DNA of 64,000 nt from a virus. The first letter of the stretch is position 1. The number at the start of each line of letters is the position of its first letter. The notes under the pieces were generated by a model. It saw only the letters and a program-made list of their open reading frames with translations, searched no databases and was not told where the DNA came from. The stretch is taken from positions 135,764 through 199,763 of the IMG/VR virus record IMGVR_UViG_3300018890_000001; one strand, 5' to 3'. The position numbers and the translations under genes were made by a program. Positions 1 to 10,245 of this stretch are shown piece after piece.

Positions 1-249
1 ATATGCCAGAGATTATGCGCTCAGGTTTTCTCGCTAACGATGGAAATGAATTCACCGTCATTGTGGCTCCCAATATTGAGGGGATTATTAACGACGTATG
101 GCAGCGGGCGATCGAATCTGATTCGATTGATAACGATAGTTTTGCGGAACGAGCCAAAGTAGATCCGCCAGTGTTGTTGAATTGCTAAGCGGGTGATCGG
201 ACACAAAAAAGCCCAAGAGCAAAAGTTCTTGGGCTTTTTTATTGGTAGT

Positions 250-657
250 TTACAGTGGATCTGAACCGCTAGCGACAATGGTGTGTCGCTCGACGCCTAA
301 TTCTTGGGCGATCGATTCCATCATTGGTTTTATTTGTTTGAACCTCATTTTAGGATCTGGACTCCATTGGATGATAGGCTCAAAAGATATTTGTGCTTTT
401 TCAAACGCAGTCACAATCGCTTCGGCACGTATAAAACTTCGACTGGTTGTTGCTAGTTTGATGTTGTACTTTGCGTCTATTATCACAAGCCAGCATAAGT
501 AACTATTGTCATTCCTGTTTTTACATACTTCCATCTGAATGACTTGATTGCCGTCACTTAAATCAATAAGTACGTTAAAAGATGTTTGCACGTCATCAAC
601 ATAGAATTCATGTCGATTCACGTTGTTGAATTCGCGTTCTTTGAATTTAACGTTCAT
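250..657 (-). CDS. Hypothetical protein, tandem paralog family member 1
   Basis: 135-aa ORF sharing the LID..QVI.MEV..YLCW and AF..A.ISFE..MESIA..LGVER pattern with the next three ORFs. Confidence 0.75.
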   Translation of the reverse strand: MNVKFKEREFNNVNRHEFYVDDVQTSFNVLIDLSDGNQVIQMEVCKNRNDNSYLCWLVIIDAKYNIKLATTSRSFIRAEAIVTAFEKAQISFEPIIQWSPDPKMRFKQIKPMMESIAQELGVERHTIVASGSDPL

Positions 658-752
658 GTGATTGTGGAGCTATTTAAACTACATCTAAATTTTATCATAA
701 AAACACCCCTTATACAAATGAATAGTCTGTATAAGGGGTGTTGATTTAATTG

Positions 753-1178
753 CTAAATACGATAAATGGGGTGCGCGCCAGCTTGGATAAGTCTGGGACG
801 TTTCACGCCAATCTCGTTACCGATCGCCTCTAAGATATTTTCGATATCAGTAGAAGCCAGCGGATGTTTAATCGATTCGCCTTTCTGGTATTCCCATGAA
901 ATCCCCATATTTGCAAACGCAGCACGCACTGCTTCACCAACCGAGGCACTGGCTGTATTACCACCTCTGGCATTGCTTTGCAAATATACATCACTTAATT
1001 CAATCTTTACGGTTATGGCACAGTAATAATCTGTTCGACCTTGAAATACTTCTAGTCTAATCGCTTCAATTTCTTGAGAGCAGTCAAACCAGATTATCGT
1101 GGTCAACAATTTGTCACTAACTCTACCGTTTTTTGAATTTGTGAACAAACCTTGACGGTGTTGTAACGAAGCTTTCAT
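753..1178 (-). CDS. Hypothetical protein, tandem paralog family member 2
   Basis: 141 aa with FDCSQEIEAIRLEV..YYCAI, AFANMGISWE and IGVKRP. Confidence 0.75.
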   Translation of the reverse strand: MKASLQHRQGLFTNSKNGRVSDKLLTTIIWFDCSQEIEAIRLEVFQGRTDYYCAITVKIELSDVYLQSNARGGNTASASVGEAVRAAFANMGISWEYQKGESIKHPLASTDIENILEAIGNEIGVKRPRLIQAGAHPIYRI

Positions 1179-1179
1179 G

Positions 1180-1252
1180 TAATTGATTTATCGAAACTAC
1201 ATATTTAGTTTATCATTAATGTATTTGTAAGTCACGTAATTTAACACAAAAA
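1180..1252 (-). repeat. Promoter/leader direct repeat (second copy ~1686-1759)
   Basis: Near-identical ~70-bp blocks (ATTGATTTATC..ACTACA..TTTATCATT.ATGTATT.GTAAGTCACG.AATTTAACACAAAA) lie upstream of paralogs 2 and 3. Confidence 0.85.
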
Positions 1253-1293
1253 ATAACCCCACACGAGAATAGTTTATGCGTGTGGGGTTCTTT

Positions 1294-1683
1294 TTAGCGG
1301 TTCGCGTCTACGCTATGTATGTACCACCTTTCTACTTCTGTGGCGCTTGCCATTGCGTTAATAGCGGGTTTGATTGATTCAAGCATTCGATAATCATAAT
1401 CTGGTTCTGGAGGTAAACTGTCAAAACGTATATTCGCGTTAGCCAATGCTTGGCAAAAAGCGTCAAAGCGGCTATCTCCCTTACCACTGGTAGTCAAATC
1501 CATTACACCATCCTCAATCCAGATACAGCAGTAATACACAGCTCCTTTTTTGTAAAGGTCTAGACGTATTAACTGCTCTTGTTTGTCGCAATCAATGACA
1601 ACGCATTGTCCGATCAGACTATTGTCCGGTCTGTGTGCAGATTTAAGTGAACGTGCAAACTTGTTGACGTACTCGACTTTCAT
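1294..1683 (-). CDS. Hypothetical protein, tandem paralog family member 3
   Basis: 129 aa with IDCDKQEQLIRLDLYKKG.YYCCIWI and SGKGDSRF. Confidence 0.8.
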   Translation of the reverse strand: MKVEYVNKFARSLKSAHRPDNSLIGQCVVIDCDKQEQLIRLDLYKKGAVYYCCIWIEDGVMDLTTSGKGDSRFDAFCQALANANIRFDSLPPEPDYDYRMLESIKPAINAMASATEVERWYIHSVDANR

Positions 1684-1800
1684 GAGATTGATTTATCTGA
1701 GACTACACATTTATTTTATCATTGATGTATTCGTAAGTCACGCAATTTAACACAAAAAAAAGAACCTACATAAACTAATGTGGGTTCTTTTTTACTTATT

Positions 1801-2211
1801 TTAATTGGAGCGCATACAGTGATGTATGTAAGGTCTTTCTGCTCCCGCAGCTTCAGCAATTGCCGTGAAGACGTATTCTAGTTTATCCCAAACCTGAATG
1901 TCGAAATTACTTCCGAGTTCGGGCAACGGGTGCTCGAAAGAGATGTCTGCGCTGTCTAGTGCAGCATAAACAGCACCAAAACGACTGTTAGCTTTGCCAC
2001 TACCAGTTATATCGACTTCCTGTTTGTCTGCCCAGCCTCTGATCCAAATACAGCAGTAATAACTTTTTTCCCCTTTCTTGTAAAGATCTACACGAACAGG
2101 TTCTTTTTTACGATCACAGTCGATCGCCACTAATTGTCCTGCTAAGTGCGCATGGTGGATATGGCTGGAATTGATTTCTCTGTGAATACAACTTGCAAAA
2201 GATGCTTTCAT
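1801..2211 (-). CDS. Hypothetical protein, tandem paralog family member 4
   Basis: 136 aa with IDCDRKKEPVRVDLYKKGEKSYYCCIWI and SGKANSRF. Confidence 0.8.
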   Translation of the reverse strand: MKASFASCIHREINSSHIHHAHLAGQLVAIDCDRKKEPVRVDLYKKGEKSYYCCIWIRGWADKQEVDITGSGKANSRFGAVYAALDSADISFEHPLPELGSNFDIQVWDKLEYVFTAIAEAAGAERPYIHHCMRSN

Positions 2212-2241
2212 ACAATTGATTTGTCTGAGACTACTTCTTTA

Positions 2242-2691
2242 TTATACTATTAAAGCAATCTCTTGTCTCTCATTTCGATCGCCCGTCAGCTTAAATTTTC
2301 CACCTATTCGAGGAGTGAGCCAAGGTACATTAAGTCTGTAAGTTGAATAACTCCCTTTTACTACACCAGTATGCGCGGATGGGATACCTTCATCTTTGGC
2401 CTCCGACTCAATATCTCGTGTACTAGAGCCGTAAGATTGCAGCAGTGTTTGTACTAATTGACCATAGCAAAAGCAAAAGTGCGGATCCATTTCAGTTAGG
2501 TACGTCGCGATTGCTTCGCAGTCGAGACAGGTGTAGTGGCGATCGAAATACCCTTCAATTAACGTTGTTACGCGGTGCATCATCGTACCTTTAGGCATCA
2601 GCTCTTTGCACTCCACACATTTGTGGGGTGATCTTATTTTTACCAGCTTTTTAATATGGATATCAGTCGATACAAAGTCACAGTCACACAT
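2242..2691 (-). CDS. Zn-binding phage hypothetical protein
   Basis: HKCVEC and CLDC cysteine pairs. Confidence 0.7.
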   Translation of the reverse strand: MCDCDFVSTDIHIKKLVKIRSPHKCVECKELMPKGTMMHRVTTLIEGYFDRHYTCLDCEAIATYLTEMDPHFCFCYGQLVQTLLQSYGSSTRDIESEAKDEGIPSAHTGVVKGSYSTYRLNVPWLTPRIGGKFKLTGDRNERQEIALIV

Positions 2692-2797
2692 TTTAGTTGT
2701 CCTTGAGGTGGTAGATTTTTATTGTATACCCTAACGTTTATGTTTACATTACACCGCTTATGTTTTATTATATAAGTGTAGTTTATTTGCTCAGAAT

Positions 2798-3478
2798 ATG
2801 AAACGCGAATTATTTCAAGTCCCTGTTAATCGTCAAGATGCAGAACGTCAAGACAAAACTTATTTCTCATATGTTGATATCGTCGGTGCGGATCTTTCTT
2901 GGTTGAAATTAGCCGGAAAGGAATTCCGTGGTTCAGACCTCAGACAAGTTTCATTTGTTGGGACTTGGTTGCAAGAATGTTCGTTTGCTGGTGCTAATTT
3001 AAGTGGTGCCGATTTGCACTGTTCCTGCCTGCGAAAAGCTTCTTTCATGAAAGCTAACTTGCAAGGTGCTAATTTACGAGCAACAGATCTGCGAGATGTT
3101 GATTTTTATCTTGCAGATATGCGAGGTGCTGATCTAACTAATGCCGACCTAAGAGGTGCTGACCTCGGTTGCGCGGACTTGACTGGCGCGAACTTGAAAG
3201 GGGCGATCGGATTGGGAACCAAGCAAGGTGAAATGGAATTTGCTGCTAACTTGGTTGCTCAACTAGACGCAGAACAGGATTCCCGAATCAAACAAGAATG
3301 GCGAAACAATCCAAGTTACGTGATGTGTGTTTACCCCAAAGAGTTTGATTACAATCCTGGGAGAGAGCGTTCTCTCCTGTATCCGACACTTGCCAAGTTT
3401 TTCCACGGTCGTGGTGATGAAGCGTTAATTGCGCTTCGTAAAATTGCGACTGGTGAACTTTCGGTATTCAACGACTAA
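2798..3478 (+). CDS. Pentapeptide repeat protein
   Basis: Many A(D/N)LxG / ADL pentapeptides. Confidence 0.9.
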   Translation: MKRELFQVPVNRQDAERQDKTYFSYVDIVGADLSWLKLAGKEFRGSDLRQVSFVGTWLQECSFAGANLSGADLHCSCLRKASFMKANLQGANLRATDLRDVDFYLADMRGADLTNADLRGADLGCADLTGANLKGAIGLGTKQGEMEFAANLVAQLDAEQDSRIKQEWRNNPSYVMCVYPKEFDYNPGRERSLLYPTLAKFFHGRGDEALIALRKIATGELSVFND

Positions 3479-3526
3479 ACTTTTAATACAAAGCAGTTTC
3501 CTAGAATTTAGGAAGCTGCTTTTTTA

Positions 3527-4027
3527 TTAAAAATTAAAATCAGGTTGCGTCACTGGCGTCTGAATATTTTGTAAAATAGTCGGCTGTACTGGCGGAATAT
3601 ATTCTAAATTCTCATCTGGTTGTGCAACAGTGTCCCCACTAGCTGTTGAAGCGTTTATTAGTTTCAATTCGTGGTAAATACTGACGCCTCGGTGTGTATA
3701 TTCGTTTTTGTGTTCAACTTGATAAAGTTCTCCGCTATAGGAAATTCGCACGTTTGGACCCAAGTCCGCAATTTTAAAATCTTTACTGGAAACACGGGCA
3801 ACTTGATTTGTGGCGATCGCCCGAATAATTCCAGTCTCCGTTGGGATTGCGCTTTTTTGTTCGATAACGTGTCCGCGCAATTTTTTCTTGGTGTAGCTGA
3901 TTCCTTTAGGAAACCCTAATTCAAGAACCGCAGATTGAGTTTGTGTTGGCGTACACAGTTCAATGTTATGACCTAGTTCTTCAGAAAGAAACAAGAAGTC
4001 GTCAGGAGTGATAGCGTAATTGACCAT
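3527..4027 (-). CDS. Hypothetical protein, possibly head-closure type virion protein
   Basis: ATG at 4027 preferred over the longer ORF start. The beta-rich RISYSGELYQVE pattern resembles head-closure proteins (weak). Confidence 0.45.
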   Translation of the reverse strand: MVNYAITPDDFLFLSEELGHNIELCTPTQTQSAVLELGFPKGISYTKKKLRGHVIEQKSAIPTETGIIRAIATNQVARVSSKDFKIADLGPNVRISYSGELYQVEHKNEYTHRGVSIYHELKLINASTASGDTVAQPDENLEYIPPVQPTILQNIQTPVTQPDFNF

Positions 4028-4122
4028 TATTCTATAAATAAGGTATAATAGTAGCAGGCAGTAAAAGACTGCTGTTCTTACAATAACCTTTTTCAACCGC
4101 CTCTAAACGGGGCGGTTTTACT

Positions 4123-4566
4123 ATGTTTAAAAAATTAGATTTTGACAAGTATGTCGGACAGAGAGTTCACGTTTATCGAAACTTGCACCACAAAGAAGAT
4201 GGTAAATTTTCTGTGCAAGTACATGGAAAAGTTGTTGGGTATACCGATCGCCTGCTAATTCGCGACGTTCAATTTTACGTCTCGCAAAGCACGAGAGCGC
4301 GGGCTCTTAGTAGTGGGAAGAATGGTCGTAGAACTGTCCATGCGTGGGCGATTGGGTATCTCATCGCCCAGGACTTCGATTTAGATTCTATTCCTGGCGC
4401 TATCGAAATCCGTTATAACTACAAAGAGCATTCCTCTTTTGTGGTTGTAGCGACAAATGAATCTGTGTACGATAGTGAGTTCTTTGCTGTACATGATGGC
4501 AAAGCTTTTATTACGCGGGCGATCGATTCGACACAACACCCACGACAACTATCATTGTTTGGATAG
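4123..4566 (+). CDS. Conserved phage hypothetical protein (VYRNLH...VHAW family)
   Basis: VHVYRNLH, GKVVG and RRTVHAWAIG motifs typical of a widespread phage family. Confidence 0.7.
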   Translation: MFKKLDFDKYVGQRVHVYRNLHHKEDGKFSVQVHGKVVGYTDRLLIRDVQFYVSQSTRARALSSGKNGRRTVHAWAIGYLIAQDFDLDSIPGAIEIRYNYKEHSSFVVVATNESVYDSEFFAVHDGKAFITRAIDSTQHPRQLSLFG

Positions 4567-4665
4567 TATTAAAACCTCTAGAGTTTTCTGGAGGTTTTTT
4601 TGTGTTTGACTTGTTTGTATAGAAATATTATGCGATAATAATTACATCCAATCAATAGAAATATC

Positions 4666-5070
4666 ATGTCATTAACAGACAAAGAATTAGCATTTTGTCG
4701 CGATGTATTGGGAATTGACGCAGACTTGCTCTTTTTCCCTAGATTTATGTTTAACGTACATCGTTATGGTGAACGCTTTGCGGTGTATGTCCAGAGTCAT
4801 TATCATGGTCGCACAGTTTCAGAAATTCGTGGTGATTTTTCTGGAGTTGTAGAAGACTTCAAGAAAGAGTTCAAAGGGGAATATGGATCTTGCGAAGAAC
4901 TCGTAAAAGACAAGCTTAGTCAACAAGGTTTTGAGGGTTATCTAAAGGCTAGTCACTTAGATTGGGGTTGTCTCAACTTTGAACGTATAGTTGATGACTG
5001 GTGTACCGTCGGTGGCTTGTATAGTCGCATTACATTAAACGGACGTATTTACCTGTTTGAACAGATTTGA
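4666..5070 (+). CDS. ArdA-like antirestriction protein (C-terminal half)
   Basis: DFKKEFKGEYGSCEELV..LNFERIVDDW..NGRIYLF resembles the ArdA C-terminal consensus. Confidence 0.45.
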   Translation: MSLTDKELAFCRDVLGIDADLLFFPRFMFNVHRYGERFAVYVQSHYHGRTVSEIRGDFSGVVEDFKKEFKGEYGSCEELVKDKLSQQGFEGYLKASHLDWGCLNFERIVDDWCTVGGLYSRITLNGRIYLFEQI

Positions 5071-5128
5071 TAAAAACAAAAGCCACGGTAATCAGTAATT
5101 GATTACCGTGGCTTTTGTTTTGCTTAGG

Positions 5129-5539
5129 TTATTTACCTAATTTCACGCTTCTAGTTTGGACATGAACTGGTTGCGTGAATTGAGAAATTTCTTCCCCAAG
5201 GTCTTGAACTTCGCCATTTTCATTGTAGTATTGTGACGCATCTGAGGCATATTGACGAATATAATATGTCGTCAATTTCTGGTATACCGTCGTGGAATCA
5301 CGAAAGACAAAGAAATGTCCTTTGGTTAGTTCTTTGAAATTTATTAACTCAGGTAATTGGTAGTCTGCGCCCAAGTCTTCGACTTTTTCATTTTTGAGGT
5401 ATTTGTGTACGCCCAGACCGCGCGCGTATCTAATCTCACATTCTGCAACTTTTTGGTAGATTACACCGTTATCACTACCGTCAGTATGTTTCCAAAGAAA
5501 TCTAAAATAATTACCAACAGCGATGTTTTTGAATTTCAT
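5129..5539 (-). CDS. Hypothetical protein with two internal repeats
   Basis: FKNIAVGNYFRF..IYQK..NEKVEDLG is repeated as FKELTKGHFFVF..VYQK..NGEVQDLG. Confidence 0.75.
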   Translation of the reverse strand: MKFKNIAVGNYFRFLWKHTDGSDNGVIYQKVAECEIRYARGLGVHKYLKNEKVEDLGADYQLPELINFKELTKGHFFVFRDSTTVYQKLTTYYIRQYASDASQYYNENGEVQDLGEEISQFTQPVHVQTRSVKLGK

Positions 5540-5638
5540 AAAGTTTGATTTGTGACTACATCGTCAATAGTATATTTTAGTGTGACTAAAGTCAAGCATT
5601 ATGATACAATTTGTGTGTTGTGTTCTTTGAGGTTATAT

Positions 5639-6199
5639 ATGTCGGGTGAAATCAAGAATGAAGTATTGTTGTCAGACTTGATGAATTTGTTCAATCCGTT
5701 GAAAGTTGAGCAAACACCAAACCAACCGATCGCCAATGCGAACGATCGCCTGAATGAACCACTTATCCGCCAGATTGCGGACGACATTCAACAGCAGATA
5801 GCTGCGTTGTCAGGCACAACACAAGTATTCGCGGATGATGCTCAGTTGTTGCGACTGATAACGAGTACGGGTGGTCACAAGAAGACTCTGTACATACTGC
5901 TCCACGATACGTTTTTGCACTCGCAAGGGGGATTTCCTGTTTCGCTACGGGCGATCGGTATAGCTCGGGGAAACTTGAAGGATACTATGAATCGCTCTGT
6001 AGACGCGAACAAGTGGTCGTTGCTTGCTAAAGTACACCGCTATCCATACGGTAATTATTTTGAGTTACCTGAACACAAGGTGCTACCGATATGGAGTATT
6101 TTAAGGTATGAAGATCCTGATGCTGAATGGTATCGTGTTCATCCGCTGTTAGTCGAGACATCTAATTTTAAGGAGGCGCTTGAAGTCTTTGTAAAATAG
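5639..6199 (+). CDS. Hypothetical protein resembling the C-terminal (lid/wHTH) part of cyanobacterial AAA ATPases
   Basis: TGGH and WYRVHPLL motifs; no P-loop. Confidence 0.5.
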   Translation: MSGEIKNEVLLSDLMNLFNPLKVEQTPNQPIANANDRLNEPLIRQIADDIQQQIAALSGTTQVFADDAQLLRLITSTGGHKKTLYILLHDTFLHSQGGFPVSLRAIGIARGNLKDTMNRSVDANKWSLLAKVHRYPYGNYFELPEHKVLPIWSILRYEDPDAEWYRVHPLLVETSNFKEALEVFVK

Positions 6200-6369
6200 G
6201 TAAACAACAAAAACCCGGACAATCTATAACAGGTTGTCCGGGTTTTTCTATGACTACCCGACTTTCGAGCGTTTGAAATGCGACGCTGTTTTGTTAGGAT
6301 TGGTGTTAATGGCGATCGACGGAACCGATCACCCTTAACTAAACACACAGCTCTGAAGAGGAGAGTCAT

Positions 6370-6846
6370 ATGTCTACAGCAATGGTATCATTTTTCGATC
6401 AGTTCCCAGAATTTGACGGGCGGGTGATCGAAATTCGCAAGAAGGATGGGTATTTTTCGGCAAGCGACATGAGTGTAGTTTTGAAGAAACGACTTACTGA
6501 TTGGCGCAAGACTGATTTTGCAAAGAGATTACTTGCGAGATTGAGTGAGAAGTCTGGAATGCCTATAGAGCAACGGTTTAATGGCACTCTGGGGGAAAAG
6601 TCCCAGAGTGCATCTGCCTTAATTCAATATGATTTGAAGGGAGATCAGAAAGTGTGGCTTCATCCTTACGTCGCAATGTCTTATGCGATGTCTAATCCTG
6701 AGTTTCAAGCTGAAATGAATATTTGGATAGTTGATCTCATGACGTTGGGTACTGTGAACCCACACTATCTTAAGTGGACTCAAGCAGAAATTGAGCGCGG
6801 GCGACAGTTCAACCAGGATGATATCAAAGAACTTTATGGAGAGTAG
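6370..6846 (+). CDS. KilA-N domain protein
   Basis: DGYFSASDM..KKRLTDW and VWLHPYVA..A..NPEF motifs. Confidence 0.8.
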   Translation: MSTAMVSFFDQFPEFDGRVIEIRKKDGYFSASDMSVVLKKRLTDWRKTDFAKRLLARLSEKSGMPIEQRFNGTLGEKSQSASALIQYDLKGDQKVWLHPYVAMSYAMSNPEFQAEMNIWIVDLMTLGTVNPHYLKWTQAEIERGRQFNQDDIKELYGE

Positions 6847-7002
6847 AAGCGTGTATTGAAGATCGCCAGCTATAACTTCCTAAACTAAAAGAGCGATACC
6901 TCGAATCTGAGGCATCGCTCTAAAACAAAAAAAGCCCAGGCAATTAACGTCTGGGCTTTTGCTTGTTTTTGCTTGTGCTGTGAACGATCACCCGCTAATT
7001 TA

Positions 7003-7347
7003 TCAGTCCTTCAGGATTTCTTCAAGTGCTGAGTAGCACCTTTTGAATTTGTATGAGGTGATGATACGTTCGTCAAGTAGGTCAACAAGTCTCTCTTTGT
7101 AGCTAAAATGATCTTTTTGGATCTGCAATGTTTTCGGACAAAACAAATATCGGTAGGTGCGTTTTTTAGAAACTTGTTTTCCGGTCTGGCGATCGAATTT
7201 CAAGCTTGGATATCGCTCTACTTGAATATACTTGGCTGTGACCGAAATAACTTTAGACAGGCTGTCATCTTCAGTAATGCAACCTTCGATGACAGCGACT
7301 TGATCACCAAGTTTTAAGGATTGAATAAATTCTAAATGTTCGCTCAT
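7003..7347 (-). CDS. Hypothetical protein (SH3-like)
   Basis: LKLGDQVAV..KFDRQTG; has its own GTAGT-type leader. Confidence 0.7.
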   Translation of the reverse strand: MSEHLEFIQSLKLGDQVAVIEGCITEDDSLSKVISVTAKYIQVERYPSLKFDRQTGKQVSKKRTYRYLFCPKTLQIQKDHFSYKERLVDLLDERIITSYKFKRCYSALEEILKD

Positions 7348-7511
7348 TGGATTCGATGTATCTAAACTACATATTTATAATACCAAAAATTATCAAACAG
7401 TGCAATTGATTTACGTATTAATATAAAGCAATGCTAGTTAGCTACATTAATGCTTGTCTTATTTATACAAATTGCATACAATAAAGAAGTAGTCGCAACC
7501 AAGATGCTGTT

Positions 7512-7940
7512 ATGGTTCCCAAAGAAAGACGTTCTACTCTAAAAACAAGAATTGATAGAAGAGACTTGACGATGGAATATTTAGTTCCTTTGTTTGAGAA
7601 TCCTTGGCGAGAAAACATTCCGTATTGGGTAGCTAGATCGCACAGTGATCATAGTCCGACAATTTCTATTACTGGCTCCTTCGATCCGAAAGAAGTTTGG
7701 CAACGTCAAATTCTTGAAAACTCTCGAATGTTCAAGTTTGTCGTGGTTGGAATTGATGGTAAATTCTGGTATGACAAGGGTGATCCAGTTAGAATAATTT
7801 TGCTGTGTGCCGACGGTTACGATCGCCAAGTTGTAGAGAGATTTGAAAGTTACACAGGTACACCAGAAGAGTGTGCCGACAAAATGCAGAAGTGGTTGAA
7901 ACAATGTATCAACAACCCGCAGCAGCCAAATTTTAACTAG
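7512..7940 (+). CDS. Hypothetical protein
   Basis: 142-aa ORF preceded by TACAAT..GTAGT and followed by a terminator. Confidence 0.7.
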   Translation: MVPKERRSTLKTRIDRRDLTMEYLVPLFENPWRENIPYWVARSHSDHSPTISITGSFDPKEVWQRQILENSRMFKFVVVGIDGKFWYDKGDPVRIILLCADGYDRQVVERFESYTGTPEECADKMQKWLKQCINNPQQPNFN

Positions 7941-7956
7941 AGACTGATTGTCTACA

Positions 7957-7994
7957 AAAAAGCCCCGTTACTGAATTCAGTAACGGGGCTTTTT
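7957..7994. terminator. Perfect 38-bp palindromic bidirectional terminator
   Basis: AAAAAGCCCCGTTACTGAATTCAGTAACGGGGCTTTTT between convergent genes. Confidence 0.85.
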
Positions 7995-7995
7995 A

Positions 7996-10158
7996 TTATT
8001 GTGGTCTAAACTCGATTTGAGTTATAGGCGCTAACTTTTTCTCCTCAAGGATCGATCGCCCGATCCAAATCCGCAACCGCTCTGCGATCTTAGATAGATC
8101 ATCAGGTAGGTCACTGCGGAGCTTGTCTGTAATTGCTTTGATTTCGATGCCTTGAAGCTTTGCTTCTTTTTCGACATCGACTAGCGCGGCGTTGTAACCG
8201 CGATAGTATTCGCGATTGAGACTTGCTTGCCAGAGAATCCGTAACATCGGGATTTCGTGAAATAGCAAGTCCTCGGACAATATGTCCACGATGCTTTCGT
8301 TTGCTTCGGCTAATTCGTCAGCCAAATCAGCCAACATGAAAACGTATTCATTGAAATCAGTACGTGATTTCGATTTAGCGTGTTCGAGCTTCGCTTTTGC
8401 GAATCCATCTGGCGTTGCCAGACGGTAGATGTCTCGAATCGTGTCCGCGACCGGACACTTGTCTTCAGGGAAAACCCTGAAATCTTGATAATCTCTCACG
8501 AAGCTTGCGACTTCGGAGATGATATCGACTTCCTCGACTTCCTCCCCTGGTTCGGGGATTGGTTCTGCTTGGGCGATCGGATTGATTTCGATCGCCCGAC
8601 ACTCGAAAGTGCCATTGGTGTCAAGCACTTCTTGGACGAGTGCGTCCGGCAGTGCTTGCTGTTCTTTTTTGAAGCTAATGAAATGCGGCTCGTGTAGCAC
8701 GCCGATACCAGCTTCTGTTTTGTCGTCGCTGAGGCGACACATCTCTGTGTCGCTGGTTGGCAGCGCTAACCTGAATCTCGAATCGAGATTTTCGATAATC
8801 TCTGCAAGTGCAACAGCACTCACGTAGATTTTGTACGGCGTGGTGTCGTACCCTTTGTTTTTTGGGCGTAACCTTACCTCACCGTCTTTGCCTTGAAAGA
8901 TCAAAGCATCTTCTCCCCACCAAATCCGACAGTAGCTGTCGGTTGGATTTCTCCAATTCAACCACCGTGTAACCTGTGACAAAGCTTGTAAAAACTCGTC
9001 CCGGTTAAATTCTGCGGGTACTTCCCGGCTAATTGGCAATTCATGCCAATCGCTTGGGTATTCGTTGACATCCATTAGTTCACCGCGCAGTGCGGCGCTT
9101 TCTGATGTCAGTACGAATTCGTTGTTTTCCTTGAAGTACAAGGAAATCATTTTGTCGTCATCCGATTGGATTCGACAGAACTCGTCGATTCCACTTTGTG
9201 GAACCAAAAATCTTCCTGGGTTGTCCGATCGCCCAAGCTCAGCGCTATAAACACTGATACCTGAGAATCCTTTGATTCGGGTAGCTCCGGTATGGATTTC
9301 TACCCCAGCTAAGGCGTGATCAGATTGTGACCTGCGTGGCAGGCTTGCAACAACCTTGGTTGCGAACTTCATTTTTTTCCACTCTTCGGGAGTGAAGTTA
9401 ATTCTGGCGATCGTCGGAATGAGGGTTTGTACCTCTTTATCGAATGCGACTAGATCACCGTTGTGATGAACGATTCGTAGGCGATCGTCAGGCATCAAGC
9501 AAACTGAGATTTCCCAGTCTTTTTCTAGACAAACTTCAATATCTTGTTGAGGGATATTGATAGTCTTGACTGTACCGTTTTTCTTTGTGACTTTGGTCGT
9601 CACTTCAGCGACTTTTTTTGTCGCTTTTAAAAGGTAGTTATCTTTCTCTAGAATGTCTTTCTGCGCCAACCTTTTTAGGTCCGGGCGATCGAGATAGAAC
9701 ACTTTGAACTGCTCTATTCTTTCTATGATACCCTCAACTTCGACGTATTCGTGGGCATAGCCCATCGCTACAAGTTCGCCATCGTCGTCGTAGCAAACGT
9801 CGTCATCTTCGTTGTCGGATTCAAGTTGTATTTGTAGCACTTGAATTTTTTTTGGTGCTTCCGGGAGTAATGGCGTTTCTTTTGTTTCAGCCATTTTGTC
9901 TACTACTTGGAGAGTCACTTCCGCACAAGGGTATTCAGCGGGATTTAGCGCTGTTAGCGCTGCTAGTAATTCTTCCTGACATACAGTGATTCTGAAAACC
10001 TGCGTTTTGGTTGTCCCGATTGCAGGTAAGGCGATTGTGTATTCACCTTTTGCTGTAAGCTTTTTTCCGCTAAGAATAACAGAGTTATATGCCCAATCAA
10101 TGGTGACTGTTTTTGCGTTTAACTTGGTTATCGCGTTGACTAGCTTTTGAATTTTCAT
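7996..10158 (-). CDS. Divergent DNA polymerase III beta-clamp-like protein with extensions
   Basis: HALAGVEI, LRGELMDVNEYPSDW, FNRDEFLQALSQV and VSAVALAEIIENL resemble DnaN domains II/III. Confidence 0.5.
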   Translation of the reverse strand: MKIQKLVNAITKLNAKTVTIDWAYNSVILSGKKLTAKGEYTIALPAIGTTKTQVFRITVCQEELLAALTALNPAEYPCAEVTLQVVDKMAETKETPLLPEAPKKIQVLQIQLESDNEDDDVCYDDDGELVAMGYAHEYVEVEGIIERIEQFKVFYLDRPDLKRLAQKDILEKDNYLLKATKKVAEVTTKVTKKNGTVKTINIPQQDIEVCLEKDWEISVCLMPDDRLRIVHHNGDLVAFDKEVQTLIPTIARINFTPEEWKKMKFATKVVASLPRRSQSDHALAGVEIHTGATRIKGFSGISVYSAELGRSDNPGRFLVPQSGIDEFCRIQSDDDKMISLYFKENNEFVLTSESAALRGELMDVNEYPSDWHELPISREVPAEFNRDEFLQALSQVTRWLNWRNPTDSYCRIWWGEDALIFQGKDGEVRLRPKNKGYDTTPYKIYVSAVALAEIIENLDSRFRLALPTSDTEMCRLSDDKTEAGIGVLHEPHFISFKKEQQALPDALVQEVLDTNGTFECRAIEINPIAQAEPIPEPGEEVEEVDIISEVASFVRDYQDFRVFPEDKCPVADTIRDIYRLATPDGFAKAKLEHAKSKSRTDFNEYVFMLADLADELAEANESIVDILSEDLLFHEIPMLRILWQASLNREYYRGYNAALVDVEKEAKLQGIEIKAITDKLRSDLPDDLSKIAERLRIWIGRSILEEKKLAPITQIEFRPQ

Positions 10159-10170
10159 GTTCGTATTAAG

Positions 10171-10233
10171 AAAGACTACTCTATTATTATACTATATATA
10201 ATGTATCTGTAGTATAATAATAGAGTAGTCTTT
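10171..10233. promoter_or_regulatory. Symmetric bidirectional promoter (24-bp perfect inverted repeat)
   Basis: AAAGACTACTCTATTATTATACTA-15 nt-TAGTATAATAATAGAGTAGTCTTT; each arm carries TATAAT followed by GTAGT. Confidence 0.85.
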
Positions 10234-10245
10234 TAAGGATCGATC

